A stretch of 63,997 nt of DNA, the filler included, from Basidiobolus ranarum (taxonomy: Eukaryota), in the NCBI GenBank assembly GCA_040143965.1. It is 3 parts of 3 records of this genome, joined end to end, with 100 filler letters (N's around TTAATTAATTAA, not from the genome) between each part and the next. Parts side by side here need not be neighbours in the genome. Positions count along the whole stretch, not along the records: positions 42,960 to 63,997 come from JASJQH010007090.1; 2 more parts are not named here. The stretch is one strand, 5' to 3'. Below the pieces are notes generated by a model. It had not been told where the DNA came from. It saw only the letters and a program-made list of their open reading frames with translations, and did no database searches. Positions 50,665-63,690 of this stretch are shown here, one piece after another. The translations under genes were made by a program, and so were the position numbers. The first letter of the stretch is position 1. The number at the start of each line of letters is the position of its first letter.

Positions 50665-51363
50665 AGTAGTATCCAGAGGCTGATAAAGGCTGGTGTTAGA
50701 AGTGCTATAGTAGAAGAGATGTTGCTGTTGCTTTCATCCCAGTCCAGAGCTCTGGAATATATAGCAAACTTCCTACCCAAAAACTTACTCTCCTTACTTT
50801 GTGATTGGCCTACTGAAGCAAAGCTCTATTTCTTCTTCTGTTTATGCGTCAAGAACCCAGATTCAACTTGTTCTATACCACATTTACAGAAATTAACACT
50901 GCCACCCCTGATAGTGTGTGTCCACGCCATCAAACGTTATTATAGTATCCTTAACTAAAGAGAAGGCTACCAACATCTCAAGTACTTGTGCTTAGTGCAT
51001 TGGAACTTTATTTGGCTATTTCCTGCTCGGCGTCTAACAGTCAAGTGAATTTATGCACGAGGTATTATCCGTTACCATTGAGTTTTGTATATTACAACAA
51101 GCTTAAATTAAGCGCCTGATTCAATCGCACTGTCTCAATCACCCTCTAATCGCTGCTAGGGATAAATATTCAATGTAATTTTAGATAGATTGTTTACTCT
51201 TTTGTTTGCTAAGCTTACGATTTTCTTTTTCTGAATCCCACTGAACATTACCAACGACAAATTGGGCCTATATGCTCAACCCTAAATATTTTATGTTATT
51301 TTCACTATTAGTAAATAATATGTTAACATATCTCGCATTTTCCTACTGTTTCAAGCGTTAAAG

Positions 51364-52074
51364 ATGGCCACTTCACAATTACTCCCACTCGGTATGTAAT
51401 ACTTCCATGTCCTATTAAAAAATAAATCTCTTTCGAGAACCAATCCATCACTAAACTTGAACCTTACTTTTGTTTTGATATAGAACTTATCGATAAATGT
51501 ATTGGCTCCAAGATCTGGGTTGTTATGAAAAGTGAACGTGAGTTCACTGGAATCCTTTCCGGTTTTGACGATTATGTCAGTATCCTTTTTTAAACTTCGT
51601 TGGAATGATAAAGATCCGAGATTTTCTTCGATTTATCACAAGTATATACGCGCAAAATGTCGGTTGTTACCCCTAACTTTACCCCACTTTAGATATGGTT
51701 TTAGAAGACGTCACCGAATAGTAAGAATTTGTTTGTTTTACACAGAAAATATGTAGGTAATTTACTAAATTCACATTTTAACTTAGTGAAACTACTCCCG
51801 AGGGTATTAAAAGCATCAAATTGGAGCAAATCCTATTAAATGGCAACAATATTTGCATGGTAAGCTTTACGCTGAATTTTTATTGCCTCTCATATGAAGA
51901 TTATTTCTTTGATGTATTCCCATCCATTGATACGACCTTATACTCATTCATTTTACTTTACTTTTAAGCTCATTCCTGGTGGAGAGTAAGTTTTTTGTCT
52001 TCTTAAAAATTGGTTTGTTTAGTTCAATTATTCATTTACTTTAATGTTTCTTTAGGGGACCTGGAAATCAATAA
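51364..52074 (+). CDS. LSM5: U6 snRNA-associated Sm-like protein LSm5
   Basis: Six exons give [86 protein letters not shown]. Confidence 0.95.
51580..51692 (+). other. U12-type GT-AG intron in LSM5
   Basis: 5' GTATCCTTT; branch-like tacccctaac about 15 nt before AG; joins DDYV-N-MVLED. Confidence 0.8.
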
Positions 52075-52669
52075 CTCCTTTCAATCCGGTATCAGAATCC
52101 GAATTTTTCAAAAAAAAACCCTCTCATTCGAATAAAAAATCGATAAATCTTAGACAACCAACATAGCTAGATTCATGCTTTGAACGAAAAGTTGAATGTT
52201 TCCTTGAAGAATGGCCAACTAAAATGATAATTTTTTAAGAGAATGATATACTCAGCATATGTCTGTTTGTATGAGAGTACTCCCTAATATAATTAAGTAC
52301 TTTATGTTCGTATACGTATATAGAAGTGTAAATAGTAGAAGCACCTTAATAGTCATTATACAAATTTGTGGACATTTGAAGAGGCCTTTACGCATGTTAC
52401 TTGAACCTTAAAGTGGTTGATATTTCCATAGTTTATGAGCCTACATATTGTTAACTGTATAGTTAATAAATTGAAATTTATATATCCAAGATGAAGTTTC
52501 TAAACATCACTTACCCTTGCTACTCTCTCTGGCATACAACTGAATGCAGTTTCAATTAAAACTTCATATAATAATATTAAGGAATACAAAGTGTAAGTTG
52601 GGGTAAGTTGACCTCGAACTTTATCTATGTTTCATTTTGAATATGTTGAACTGTTTGTATATTCAGGGC

Positions 52670-52997
52670 TGTTGAAGTATTTTGGGAGTTGTTGGAAGTG
52701 GTTCGGAACTATAAAGAATTGATGGTTTTCACTTATTGATTTATTGAGTGGAAAGTTGATATTTAAAGTTTTGTCAAAAGGTAAACAAAAAGACATGTAG
52801 AATGTGTTGAGGAAGGTTCCAAGAACATGTGTGCAAAGCTAGGGGCCTCTAGGACAAGTTTAAGAAATCTATATATCTTCAAACTTCCAGGTAAATTCCT
52901 CTTGAGAATAGTGAGTGATATCTTGGTGAAATACGGAATAGCTAAATACTAAGCTATATATGACTATACAGATGTTTAGGTTATGTTAATTTCAACA
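52670..52997. mobile_element. Solo LTR with 5-bp target-site duplication
   Basis: TGTTGAA...TTCAACA flanked by AGGGC on both sides (52665-52669, 52998-53002); homologous to 17297-17644. Confidence 0.9.
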
Positions 52998-53794
52998 AGG
53001 GCAACAGTTACAACTCTTCAAAATATAAGCACATTAAATATTTTTATTAGAGATAAAAGCAACCTTGCTGTTGTATGGTTTTGGATGTAGTGGTTAGGAC
53101 AATTGAAAAAAAAGCGACTAGCACTTACTACTTTGTTCCATATTTCTTTATTGCATTGAAAATAAATATTTGTACTATTGCTAGAAATAACGATGTGGTT
53201 GTATTTGCCAGGGGAATTGGGGGAAAGGGTATATTGCTAGAATATTGTCTTTTTGGTTATAATTTTCTGAGACACATACCTTCAGTTTTCAGGAAACAAG
53301 AATTAGATATACTACTATGTTATATAAATATTTAAGTCCTTAATTACAATATTAAAACATTTTATCACACCCTTTGTAACATACACTATAAGCACTTCTT
53401 GCTAGCCTACGGACTTAAGTAGCTTAAAATTGAGACTAAACTAAGCAGGAAATTGTAGTACAATTAAACCATAATCATTTATGATCAGATTTAGACAACA
53501 ATACCCAAACCAGCCTCCAAATAGAAGGAATGGATATCTTGATGATGATGGTATCATTTGAAAATTGGGAGTACAAACACGTTCCACACATTTTAACATT
53601 GCCACCGCAATTTCAGTACCATATGCAGTGTTTTGGTACTGTATTTCATAAATAACGCTGGACGTATTATGACGCAACAGAAGAGCGAATACAGATAAAA
53701 TCTGCTTGTAGACAATCTCCATTAACCAGAGAAAATCAATCAAGTTCTAATATTTTTATGGTATACAAGTAACACCCCAAGTTTTGCTTGAGCT

Positions 53795-54895
53795 GGAACA
53801 TCCGGTAATCAAAGGAAAAATTTAGGACTTGCGGCCTGGTATCCACTATAAGTTGTTGATTTTTTATTTTACTGAAGTCTGAACTCACGTGGACGGTTCA
53901 TACATTTCCCTGTAACCACGGTCAAAAAAGTTCCTTAAAATATATGATCAACTCCTCTAAATTTAAGAATTCGTTAGATTTGCTAAGAGTTGAGACAAAC
54001 ACCAAATGGAGCTTTGTGGCTGGGGATGAGGGGTCAAAGGTTTCATTAATCCTTTATAGAATGTTTACAAACTGTTATATCTTCCCACCGTCCAGTACAA
54101 TTTGACATATTTCTAATCGAGGTAGCTGGTTAATTTACAAACTGGTATATCTTCCCACCATCCAATATTATTGGAAGTATTGAATCTCGGCAATTCTTGT
54201 TTCTGTAGTACCCGGTCACGTTCCTACTAAACTTCAGTGGTCGGTTACGGTACCGATTTTATCTATAATGCCAAGATTATGGACTTGAATAACTCAGGGC
54301 AAAGACTGTTCATATCGCTGATGTCAAGTAATTTGGGTATAGCTCTACTCAAGTTAAACACCCTAAGCTACCAAACCTCGTGATTTCACCGAAGTTGGGA
54401 ACTTTTGATTTGAGTCTACATCGTTGGTTAAAATATTTAATGTCATGGGTTTTCAATTGGTTTAGACCGTTCTTGGGTATTCTTTGGGTACACTCCTCAT
54501 TCTCCCTCCCCAAATCCACTTTCTTTTCCCCCATTTCTTCGTATCTTCAGAAACCATTTATCCTTGGTCACTATTATAGATGATAATGGAAGGGATTCTT
54601 ATGTCAGACATCTACGATTTTTAAGAGAATCCAAAAGAACGTCTTACGGTAGACAAGTCTCTTTATGTGATCATTATGCCATTGGATTATTATTAGTCCA
54701 CATTTCTCAACAACTAAGCAATTTTCACACAACCCAAGAGTTCTTCCCACAAACCAAGTATTCTTCACGCAACCCAAGAGTTCTTCCCACAAACCAAGTA
54801 TTCTTCACACACGTTTCAAGAATATCAGACTATTCATTGATCGGTCAAGCTGCTTTTGGTCAGTATGAAAAGATTTTCATTGCTCATATATTTTA
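53795..54895 (+). pseudogene. Decayed duplicate of the amino-acid transporter locus (upstream region + coding fragment)
   Basis: 53795-54348 is homologous to 55945-56450, including a near-identical ~90-bp block. 54820-54895 encodes SDYSLIGQAAFGQYEKIFI, versus SDYPSIGQAAFGNFGKAFI in the intact gene. Confidence 0.75.
54731..54808. repeat. 40-bp tandem duplication
   Basis: aacccaagagttcttcccacaaaccaagtattcttcac x2. Confidence 0.85.
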
Positions 54896-55269
54896 ATATC
54901 TGAGATCCGATAGGCCAATTGGATGTTCAGGTTAATCAGAAATATTCAACGCGTCATTTGGGTTCCAAGGTCTAGGTTTACAGGTCAGTATCTACAAACT
55001 AACAGTGAAAATTGATTCGCATGGATTTTTCAACGGAATTGGATATTTAATTTCTCTTACTTTCATTCTCGCCTTAATCTAAAATCAACTATACTGCATA
55101 TTTCTGTGGGTAAAGTAAGATATACAGATTGTACAAATAGCAAAGAGTGAAGCATGTCAAACCTTTATAAACTTTAATGCTCTTGATGTTTATATATGTA
55201 ACGATGGGCATATCATCCTGTGTGTGTAATCGTAACCTTGGTAAATGGAGTATATATAATATAAAAGAA

Positions 55270-55371
55270 AATGAACTTACTAAATACTGCAATCTACTCG
55301 CACTGTTGAATGAACTTACTAAATACTGCAATTTACTTGCACTGTTGAATGAACTTACTAAATACTGCAAT
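55270..55371. repeat. 39-bp tandem repeat, ~2.6 copies
   Basis: aatgaacttactaaatactgcaat(c/t)tact(c/t)gcactgttg repeated. Confidence 0.85.
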
Positions 55372-56784
55372 ATGCTAACCTTGTTCTTGATGGTCTTTTT
55401 TGTCCAATAAAATCTCCACGCTTGGTGACTGCAATAATGTTTATTAAGATGGCAAAGGGTAATCTCACAGAGAACCTCTTCTTGCGCTTTGTGTATGTTT
55501 TCTACCAAATAACTCTCCCAACAAGACACTTTTCTCTGTCTTTGCATATCTGTCATCTCTAGCAAATGGATTTATAATAACGGAAAACCCAAAATCGATA
55601 CAAGATTATACATAGTAAGACAAATCACCTGCTGAAGAATTATTTATCATCTGATTTAGACAGTAAAATATCGTATTGAAGCTAATTGTTGCGCATGATT
55701 TCAACTGTGTTGGTATGAAATCGGTACCAATTGTAGTGTTTTAGTGCCATGCTGCACGAATCGTGTTCGACATGAGATGACGCAATAGGTGCTCTCTCGT
55801 GGGTTACTGCTATTTGTAAACATGGGGATATTTAAATTAGCCAGGAGAAAAGTTTGGAATTTTCAAAATAGTTGATCATGAAACTATCGACTTCTTCAGA
55901 ATGGGGGAATAATACTCCATCTGCTATTTATCCTTGCCCGAGTTGGGACATTCGGTAATCAGAAGAAAGATCTAGGGCTTGTTATCCGATATCCACCACT
56001 TCTCTACTCTCAAGTCTTGTTATTTATAATACTGAGGTTTGAACTCACATGGATGATGTATAAAGCTCTCTTCAGCCAAATGCAATGTCAAACATGTTCA
56101 ATGAAATACATCCTCAGTTCATCTAAACTATCGAAATGCTTCCAAATACTAACCTTGGTAAGCACTAAACGGGACTTGGTTACTGGGGGGTGAGGGGTCA
56201 GAAGCTCCATTAATCCTTTATAGAATGTTTACAAACTGTTATATCTTCCCACCGTCCAGTATAATTTGACATATTTCTAATCGAGGTAATTCTTGTTTCC
56301 CTAGCCCTACCCGGTTAATCAGGCTCCAGACTACTGATGAATGGCGATTGCCAAATCTTATCTACAAAGCTAAATCTGTTTGGGTCGGAAGACTCACATT
56401 ACCAAGAGTGTTCAAATCGTTAGCATCTATTGACCAATTGGGATATTCTACAAATCCGTTCTATACATATATTTGTTTAGAACAGTTCTATCAAGGCTAA
56501 CTTAGTAAGGCTCTAAGCCTTCGGCACCTATGAATGAGCTAGGATGAAGATTAAACCAGAAGAGTCTATGTAAACCGAACAATTTCCTCTCTAAGAATAC
56601 CTACGTGTTATTGGTTGATCAGACCTATTGATCTCGATTTTAGGTCCACAAGAAGAATGTCCTTTGGTGGCCATACTTCTTTATAAGGATCGGATGCGTC
56701 CCTGTTATATCAAACCCTTCGCACGCCTTCATTGCCAAATAGATTCCCTTAGCTTGTAAACCCTTCTATATCATCGATTTTAAT

Positions 56785-58183
56785 ATGGGAAGTAGTAGTA
56801 TCATAGAAGAGAAAGTCCCACATCAGTTAGAATGCGACACTTCCGAAGACTCACAACACACACGTACGGGATCCACTTTCGGCGCCTATTTTAATATCGT
56901 TTGTGTCATCGCCGGTACTGGTACCTTACAATTACCATTAGCATTGGAACAGGCAGGTTGGATTGGTGTGGGAATGGTTCTACTCTCTGCTTTGATTGCC
57001 ATATATACCGGTGATTTGTTAATCAAATGCTTGTATTACGATGGGTATGTAATTGGTTTATTTGCCTGTTTACTTGAATCAAAAACTAATATTCTTCACC
57101 AGTGTGTCGAGGTTATCTGACTATCCATCGATTGGTCAAGCTGCTTTTGGAAATTTTGGAAAGGCCTTCATCCGTGCTTTTCATTACTCAATCCTTCTTG
57201 GTGCCGCTTGTATTTATATTTTGCTAGCTGGAACCAATATCTGCGAACTGGTTGGCGAGTTGGGAGTTCACATTGATCAGAAGATTTGGATCTTAATCGC
57301 TGCCATTGTCGTTTGGTTTCCATATGTTGCTTTGAAGACGGTTAAGGAGGTCGCTTGGCTTTCGTAAGTATATGTTACTAGGGATCTATTATACTCAAAC
57401 AGTTTTTTAACTTCATTATATATTAGTATTTTTGGAGTTGTAGCTACTCTAAGTGTTGTTATCATCTCCGTGATAGTTGGCTTCCTTGATCAATCAATCA
57501 AAGATGTGGATGTTAAACATACATCAGTCAATTTGCCCAGTATACCTCTTGCTCTTGCCTCTATCTGTTTCTCATTTGGTGGCAATGTTATTTATCCTCA
57601 TGTGGAAGAGGGAATGCGTCATCCTAAATCTTGGAACAAAGTGTTGACTTACGCCATCATTACCATTCTCGCTATGTATATGTTAATCAGTATTCCTGGA
57701 TACCTTGTCTATGGTAATACCGTTCAGTCACCTATTTATCTATCGCTACCACAAGGAGCTGGTACCAACATAGCCATCATTCTGATTACTGCACATGTCA
57801 TCATGGCTGCTCCTCTATACCTCACTAGTTTTGCCAACGAAATGGAAGATGTTTTGAAAATCTCTCGGAAATATCATTCACGTAGTAAAGAATTCACTCT
57901 ACGTGTTATTCTCAGAACCTTAATCGTAGCAGCTTTAGCAATTCTCGCCATGTTTGTACCCTATGCTGATACTCTCATGTCGCTAATTGGTGCCCTCTCC
58001 TACAGTATCATCGTATATATGGCTCCAGTCGTGCTATATTTGAAGCTTTACGGATGGAGAAGTGTCGGAAAGTTAGAGTTGCTTTGGTGCGCAATCATTG
58101 TAATCATCGGTATGATTGCTCTGGTTCTAGGTACGAAAGATGCCATTATTCAATTGGTCCACCAATTTGAGGGTACCAACTAA
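56785..58183 (+). CDS. Amino-acid transporter (Aa_trans/AVT-like), 2 introns
   Basis: AYFNIVCVIAGTGTLQLPLAL, IGQAAFG, FSFGGNVIYPHVE, about 11 TM segments. Confidence 0.93.
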
Positions 58184-59650
58184 ATCCTTAGTGATACATC
58201 ATTAATACCTTGGTGCGTGGGTGTCGATTCGATGCACACTTTTTCTCGGTCATGTTATTACGCAAAACATAGTCATTAGTATGAACCTTAATTCTGATAG
58301 AATGTATACCCTTCCTCCATCCTACATTCATTCACACTTCATTATGTATAATAAATTCGATATTTTAGACTGAACTCTATTATGATTTGCAATATGTTGG
58401 ATTTAACTCATGGTTGATGTTACAAAACCGTGGGCAAGAAAAAAATTCGGTTTCAGATGTTAGGTAGATTCAGGTACAGACTTAATTTACCACTCATCAT
58501 GAAGTTCCCGCGCCCCACATATATTGATCAGTAAATATCAACAAGTGACACCGTCTCCGTGGGAAAATAGGCACTCATAAAGATCGTCGGAATTCCATAC
58601 GTGCCATGATGTTGAATAATAGTTGTGTTAAACTATGCTATATTCTCTACTCAAGCGTACAGATATTTAGCCCAAATAGACGGAGAGCTTGGAATCCACC
58701 TAGACAAGAAAACATTTGTTGGTTTCTTATTAATACACCTATCACCCAGTATGGCTAACTCAATTGGGCAAATATCCCCAAATATGGACTATCAACCAAT
58801 AAATAGCATGCAACTGATAAGCTTCCGTACCAATCATTCACCAATAACTACTCTTCTATCAGATAGGAGTTGCAGTTTTGGCAGGATACCAAAAATCTTA
58901 TCTTAAGCAGTGAAGGATCGGGTCAAGCAAAAGCTATTCAGCTGACTCAAATGTGCATCATTGGTAACATTCAAAGTCAAAGTATAAAATAGTAATGATT
59001 TTAAGCACTCGGCGGTGAAATAGTACAAAAATGGAAAATGAATGTAGAGAATGAATGGATGGTCGTGATACGACATACATTGGATTGTTCTCTTTCTTTG
59101 CTGAATCTTTGCGCTGTCGTTTGACGGAAAAGCTTGGAGACTGATAGTCACATGAGCGAAGATTGAAAAAAGATGGATTCTATAAAGAAGTAAAGAGATG
59201 CATGATTCCAAAACACCATTTAAGATAAGGCTCCAGTCGTTACACTAACAACAAGTATAAATGTATGCTGCTTAAAAATTCATTGTAACTTGTATAGCTC
59301 AGGTGATCACTAATCGAAATCCATTTATATTCCAAATTTAGCAACGACTCTAAGTAGAAGTTAGTTGAACTACCAAAATAGTTCATAGATGCGTCCCGCA
59401 TTGGCTGGCGAAGAGAATTTTGATTAAAGTCTGGAATTAGAATATGTTGACCAATTATGTGAAGCACCACTTTACCAATTTGGTGGTTAGTTTCTGGTAG
59501 AATATTACTGGATCATGGGGATGTAATTAGGTATATAAAGCTTACTGAGACGTACATTGAAATGCAGATTAGTTTCTCGAGTTTTATTTCTTTCCTGTCC
59601 TCGTCGGACATCAACTTCAGTTTTTTTTCATCGCTCATTATACCTTAACC

Positions 59651-60946
59651 ATGTCTGAAAAGTATTCCGATTCACCCGACCAAAAGGAAGTACACGAATT
59701 AGAGTATGACGCTGCTACAGTCGAGGGGAGAACCGGATCCTCAATGGGTGCCTATTACAACATTGTCTCGATCATTGCTGGTACTGGTACACTTCAATTA
59801 CCTTTTGCTTTACATCAGGCCGGTTGGGTAGGTGCACTTATTGTCGTGATAGCCACCATGATGGCCATTTATACCGGAAATCTTCTTATCAAATGTCTAT
59901 ACTATGACGGCGTTAACAGACTACATGACATCCCTGCAGTGGGTGAAGCTGCATTTGGCAAACCAGGAAAATATTTCCTTCGCGTATTTCATTATTCGAT
60001 TCTGCTTGGTGCCACTTGTATTTATATCATGTTGATCGGAATTAACCTTAATCAACTCATGGAGATGGTTGATGTCCACCTTGGTCAGAAAGTTTGGATC
60101 ATCATTGGCGCCATTGTTGTATTGATCCCCTATCTTTTCCTCAAGACTGTCAAGGAGGTCGCTTGGTTGAGTGCCATGGGAGTGCTTACCACCGGGTGTG
60201 TCATCATTATCTGCGTGGTTGCTGGTCTTATTGAATTCAAACAGAAGAACCTCAATAACAATCACGACACTGTCATCTGGTCCAATCTCCCCATTTCTCT
60301 TGGTTCAATTTGTTTCTCATTTGGTGGTAATGTTATTTATCCTCACGTCGAGGCTGGAATGCGTAACCCCAAAGCATGGAACAAAGTACTATCATGTGCA
60401 ATCATGACAGTTTGCGTGATGTATCTTTTGATTAGTATCGTGTGCTACTATGTATATGGTACCGAAACCCAGAGTCCCATTTACAACAATTTGACCGGAG
60501 GAGGAAAGATCTCCGCCATTATTCTCATCACTGTTCACATCATTATGGCTTCCCCACTCTATCTCACTAGTTTTGCTAACGAGATGGAAGATCTTCTTAA
60601 GATCGATAGACAGCATCACAGCAAAGCCCGCGAGTTCATCCTTCGTTCCATTCTTCGTACGTTTATTCTCGCCTCTACAACTTTAGTTGCCATGTATGTC
60701 CCATATATGAGTGACTTTATGTCTCTCATCGGTTCTCTCTCGTATTCGATCATTCTGTTCATGGCGCCTGTTACCTTATACATCAAGCTTTACGGATTCA
60801 AGAAACTTGCCAAGTGGGAGATGGTTGCTTGCTTTTTGATCATGGTCATCGCTCTTGCTGCCTGTATTCTTGGTACTAAGGATTCACTGCTTCAATTTCA
60901 AAAGAGTGTTAGGTTAGGTCATTCGGCTGCTACTTCAGGTCATTAG
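59651..60946 (+). CDS. Amino-acid transporter (Aa_trans/AVT-like), intronless paralog
   Basis: AYYNIVSIIAGTGTLQLPFAL, FSFGGNVIYPHVEAGMRNP. TATATAAA at ~59533. Confidence 0.94.
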   Translation: MSEKYSDSPDQKEVHELEYDAATVEGRTGSSMGAYYNIVSIIAGTGTLQLPFALHQAGWVGALIVVIATMMAIYTGNLLIKCLYYDGVNRLHDIPAVGEAAFGKPGKYFLRVFHYSILLGATCIYIMLIGINLNQLMEMVDVHLGQKVWIIIGAIVVLIPYLFLKTVKEVAWLSAMGVLTTGCVIIICVVAGLIEFKQKNLNNNHDTVIWSNLPISLGSICFSFGGNVIYPHVEAGMRNPKAWNKVLSCAIMTVCVMYLLISIVCYYVYGTETQSPIYNNLTGGGKISAIILITVHIIMASPLYLTSFANEMEDLLKIDRQHHSKAREFILRSILRTFILASTTLVAMYVPYMSDFMSLIGSLSYSIILFMAPVTLYIKLYGFKKLAKWEMVACFLIMVIALAACILGTKDSLLQFQKSVRLGHSAATSGH

Positions 60947-62512
60947 TTTATTGAATTTTTACGATTTAATCATTGTTTACCATAAATCTTATAATTCAAG
61001 CATATTTCCATATTTGTAAATAATAAAATGTTTTTTGTCATCCAATCAATGGCCAGGTTTTCTCATTTTGGTTCATTTTAAATGTGACAACAGTTGGACA
61101 CAAATAGCTCTAGATATCGGTTGATCTCCAAAATATTCCCTAATTCGTCAATGCTAGATTGATTTCTTTACAAAGATTTTCTAAACAATGTTTACGATGC
61201 GTATTTCCTGCTTGTCAGTGTCACTATACTTAAGCAAAAAGCACTCACTTCAACAGTTGAGGATTAAGACAGGGAACAATGATAGTAAACGTATTTACGA
61301 AGTCAGGAGAACAACTATACAACTTCTGCTAGAATATCCGATTATATACTGCCATTTAAACACCACGTTCTCAATGTTTCCTATTATCTGTATCATTACC
61401 ATTCAACTTGAGTGGTGAAAGAATACGTCATAATTCCAACCACAGTCTATATAAAGAAACAGCGCCTGCCAAAATTGTCTTTTTAAGTATGAAGACCAAT
61501 CAATTTTATTGATTTCGATTTAGGGTTGAAATTGTGTTGTGTGGACTGAATGAGTATAGCCGAAAACCTAGACTTGTAACCGAATTCCTGTGGCGTCTTG
61601 GAATACGATTTTCATTGATTTTTGAAAATACTTCCTTCAAGTAAATGAATGTCAAGTTGAATTTTACCAGCGGATTGCTTTTCGAGACTGTGTAATGACC
61701 GTTATAAACTACGTAAAATTCTCTCCAAATCTGAAGCTGATGCTCTTGTGAAAGGTAACACTGTTACTTGCCGTGCTATATATATGTATATATTGGATTT
61801 CAATTTTATTATATGTTGCATGTCCAAAACTTGATCGCTACCACAATTTATTTCGTCCTTTGAAACGTATAGTAATATGGTTGTTTCTTGGTATTTTGAC
61901 AATGGTATCCTCAGCGTTGACACAGGATCAAATTGAAAAGCGAAAGATCTACAGTCAGTCAAAGGTTATAGTTTCCAGTATACCTTTTATTGGCATTATC
62001 AGCGAGTATGTCTCCATAGAAATGCTAAAATCATCGACCGAAGCGAACAAACAACTGATTTAGGTTATAGTAACACCATTGAAATACTAGTACCCCATAG
62101 CTCCTTAATGTAATGTTTTCTATTAGAATTATATATGGTATATGGGCTTATGAAGCGTTTGGGATCATCAATACATTTGCTGGTGTCCTCATACATCATT
62201 TAGGTCACTACGACAAGATCGATGAGGATATAGCTCAGTCATGGATGAACAACGTAAAATACTTCGAACAAAGTATCTTTAACTTGATTATTCTCAAGTT
62301 TAAGGAATGAATGCATTACAGATTCTCAATCGGAATATTTCCTAGTGTATTGATTAGTTTTAACCAAGTGCGCACGAGAGATACATTTGCCATAAAATCT
62401 GCAAACTTTGGGACGAGGAATCCCCATAAACCAATATACTTCCTATCCATGGTTAATATGATGGAATACAGACATACCAAGTCTAAATATTGTCACCGGT
62501 ATATTCACAATC

Positions 62513-62701
62513 ATGATATCAAAGTTTAAATATATGTTTTACCTAAATGTTGAAGGAGGCCTCAAAGCAGCAGCTCATAATCCGAATGTGTCAGCTGAGA
62601 AACAGCAGGAATCGTTGGATAAAGCGTCAAAAATTCATGAAGAGTGTACCGGAAACCCACTCAAAGAGACCATTGAAAAGGAGTCCAAAGAAAGAACGTG
62701 A
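62513..62701 (+). CDS. Con-6-like small stress/spore protein (5' structure uncertain, possibly degenerate)
   Basis: GGLKAAAHNPNVSAEKQQES matches the Con-6 motif. A likely upstream exon (NIVT-G, donor ~62500) has no in-frame ATG. Confidence 0.45.
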   Translation: MISKFKYMFYLNVEGGLKAAAHNPNVSAEKQQESLDKASKIHEECTGNPLKETIEKESKERT

Positions 62702-62780
62702 AGATCTGTACTCTGTTATATGCCTTCTTGGAGAGTTGAATAAATGGAGATGTATTTCCGAACCATAGTTCTATATATGT

Positions 62781-63690
62781 ATGTACAGCTCACCAGAGAA
62801 CGCTTTATCCAGTGTTTCCACTTTGATAGTGGGTAATAAAGAGGCCATGGTGGTCGATCTCCCATTCTTAAACTCAGCCGAGTGTGATCCAATCTCATTT
62901 ATCAAGAAGAAAACCCACTTACCTGGGACAAAGGTGTTTTCTACCCATGAGCACCCTGATCACTTCTCTGGTGGAACCGAGTTATTGAAGGTTTTCCGTA
63001 AAGCTAATATGCTTGTATCTCCCGGGGTTGCAAAGAAAATCAACGAAGTAGTTCAATTGAAAGATTTATTTAATTTTTCTTTCTTCATCAACTTTACTAG
63101 TCATTAATTATATCGAATTCCTTTAGTGGCTCAATGGACACCCGCTTACGGTAAACAAGAAATTCCACAATCATCAACTTTGCCTAAGCCATACGAAAGA
63201 ACCATTATCAGGTTGAAGGGAGATGATAACGAACCCACTCATCTATTGCAGCCGTTGCAAGGTGACGTAGATGACTTGACGGTTTTGTGGGTCCCTTCTC
63301 AGAAAACTGTCATCACCGTGGATTTGGTGTATGCTGGAAATGAGCATATTTGGTTAACCGAGGCCGAGGCTCCTATTAACAGAGACAACTGGATATCCAG
63401 CTTAACTTGTATTCATTTTAATATCCAATCTAACCTTGATGATATATGTAGTTCTTCAGTCCTTGAAGCAGCAAAGAGTTATTGGTGGTCATGTCCCAAG
63501 TGAAGTTCAACCAAAAGTTTCTGACTTACTAGCTACTAAAGATTATGTCAGTTATTTTAACACCGAAATATTCGGAAAAAGTTCAAGTGGGAAGGAAATT
63601 TATGCCAAAATGTCAGCTAAATTCCCTACTCTTCAATCCATAATAACACTCAATATCACCACTCAAACGTATGGTCGTGATAGTAATTAG
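62781..63690 (+). CDS. Metallo-beta-lactamase-fold hydrolase (bacterial-like), possibly pseudogenised
   Basis: STLIVG..AMVVD, THEHPDHFSG (HxHxDH), LWVPSQKTVITVDLVY, HIWL, RVIGGH. Intron 63408-63452 is GT-AG, but intron 63064-63127 begins AT. N-terminus unclear. Confidence 0.7.

Noticed and set aside
50437-50958. 173-aa plus-strand ORF
   Set aside because: TTG start, no recognisable features; antisense shadow of the cysteine-peptide gene.
17297-52997. One 35-kb LTR-bounded element
   Set aside because: The right-hand LTR has its own TSD on both sides and the interval holds ordinary housekeeping genes.
54349-54720. Possible Tc1/mariner transposase remnant on the minus strand (SKPIENP*, TKKW)
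   Set aside because: Only a vague motif resemblance; no TIRs or continuous frame could be established.
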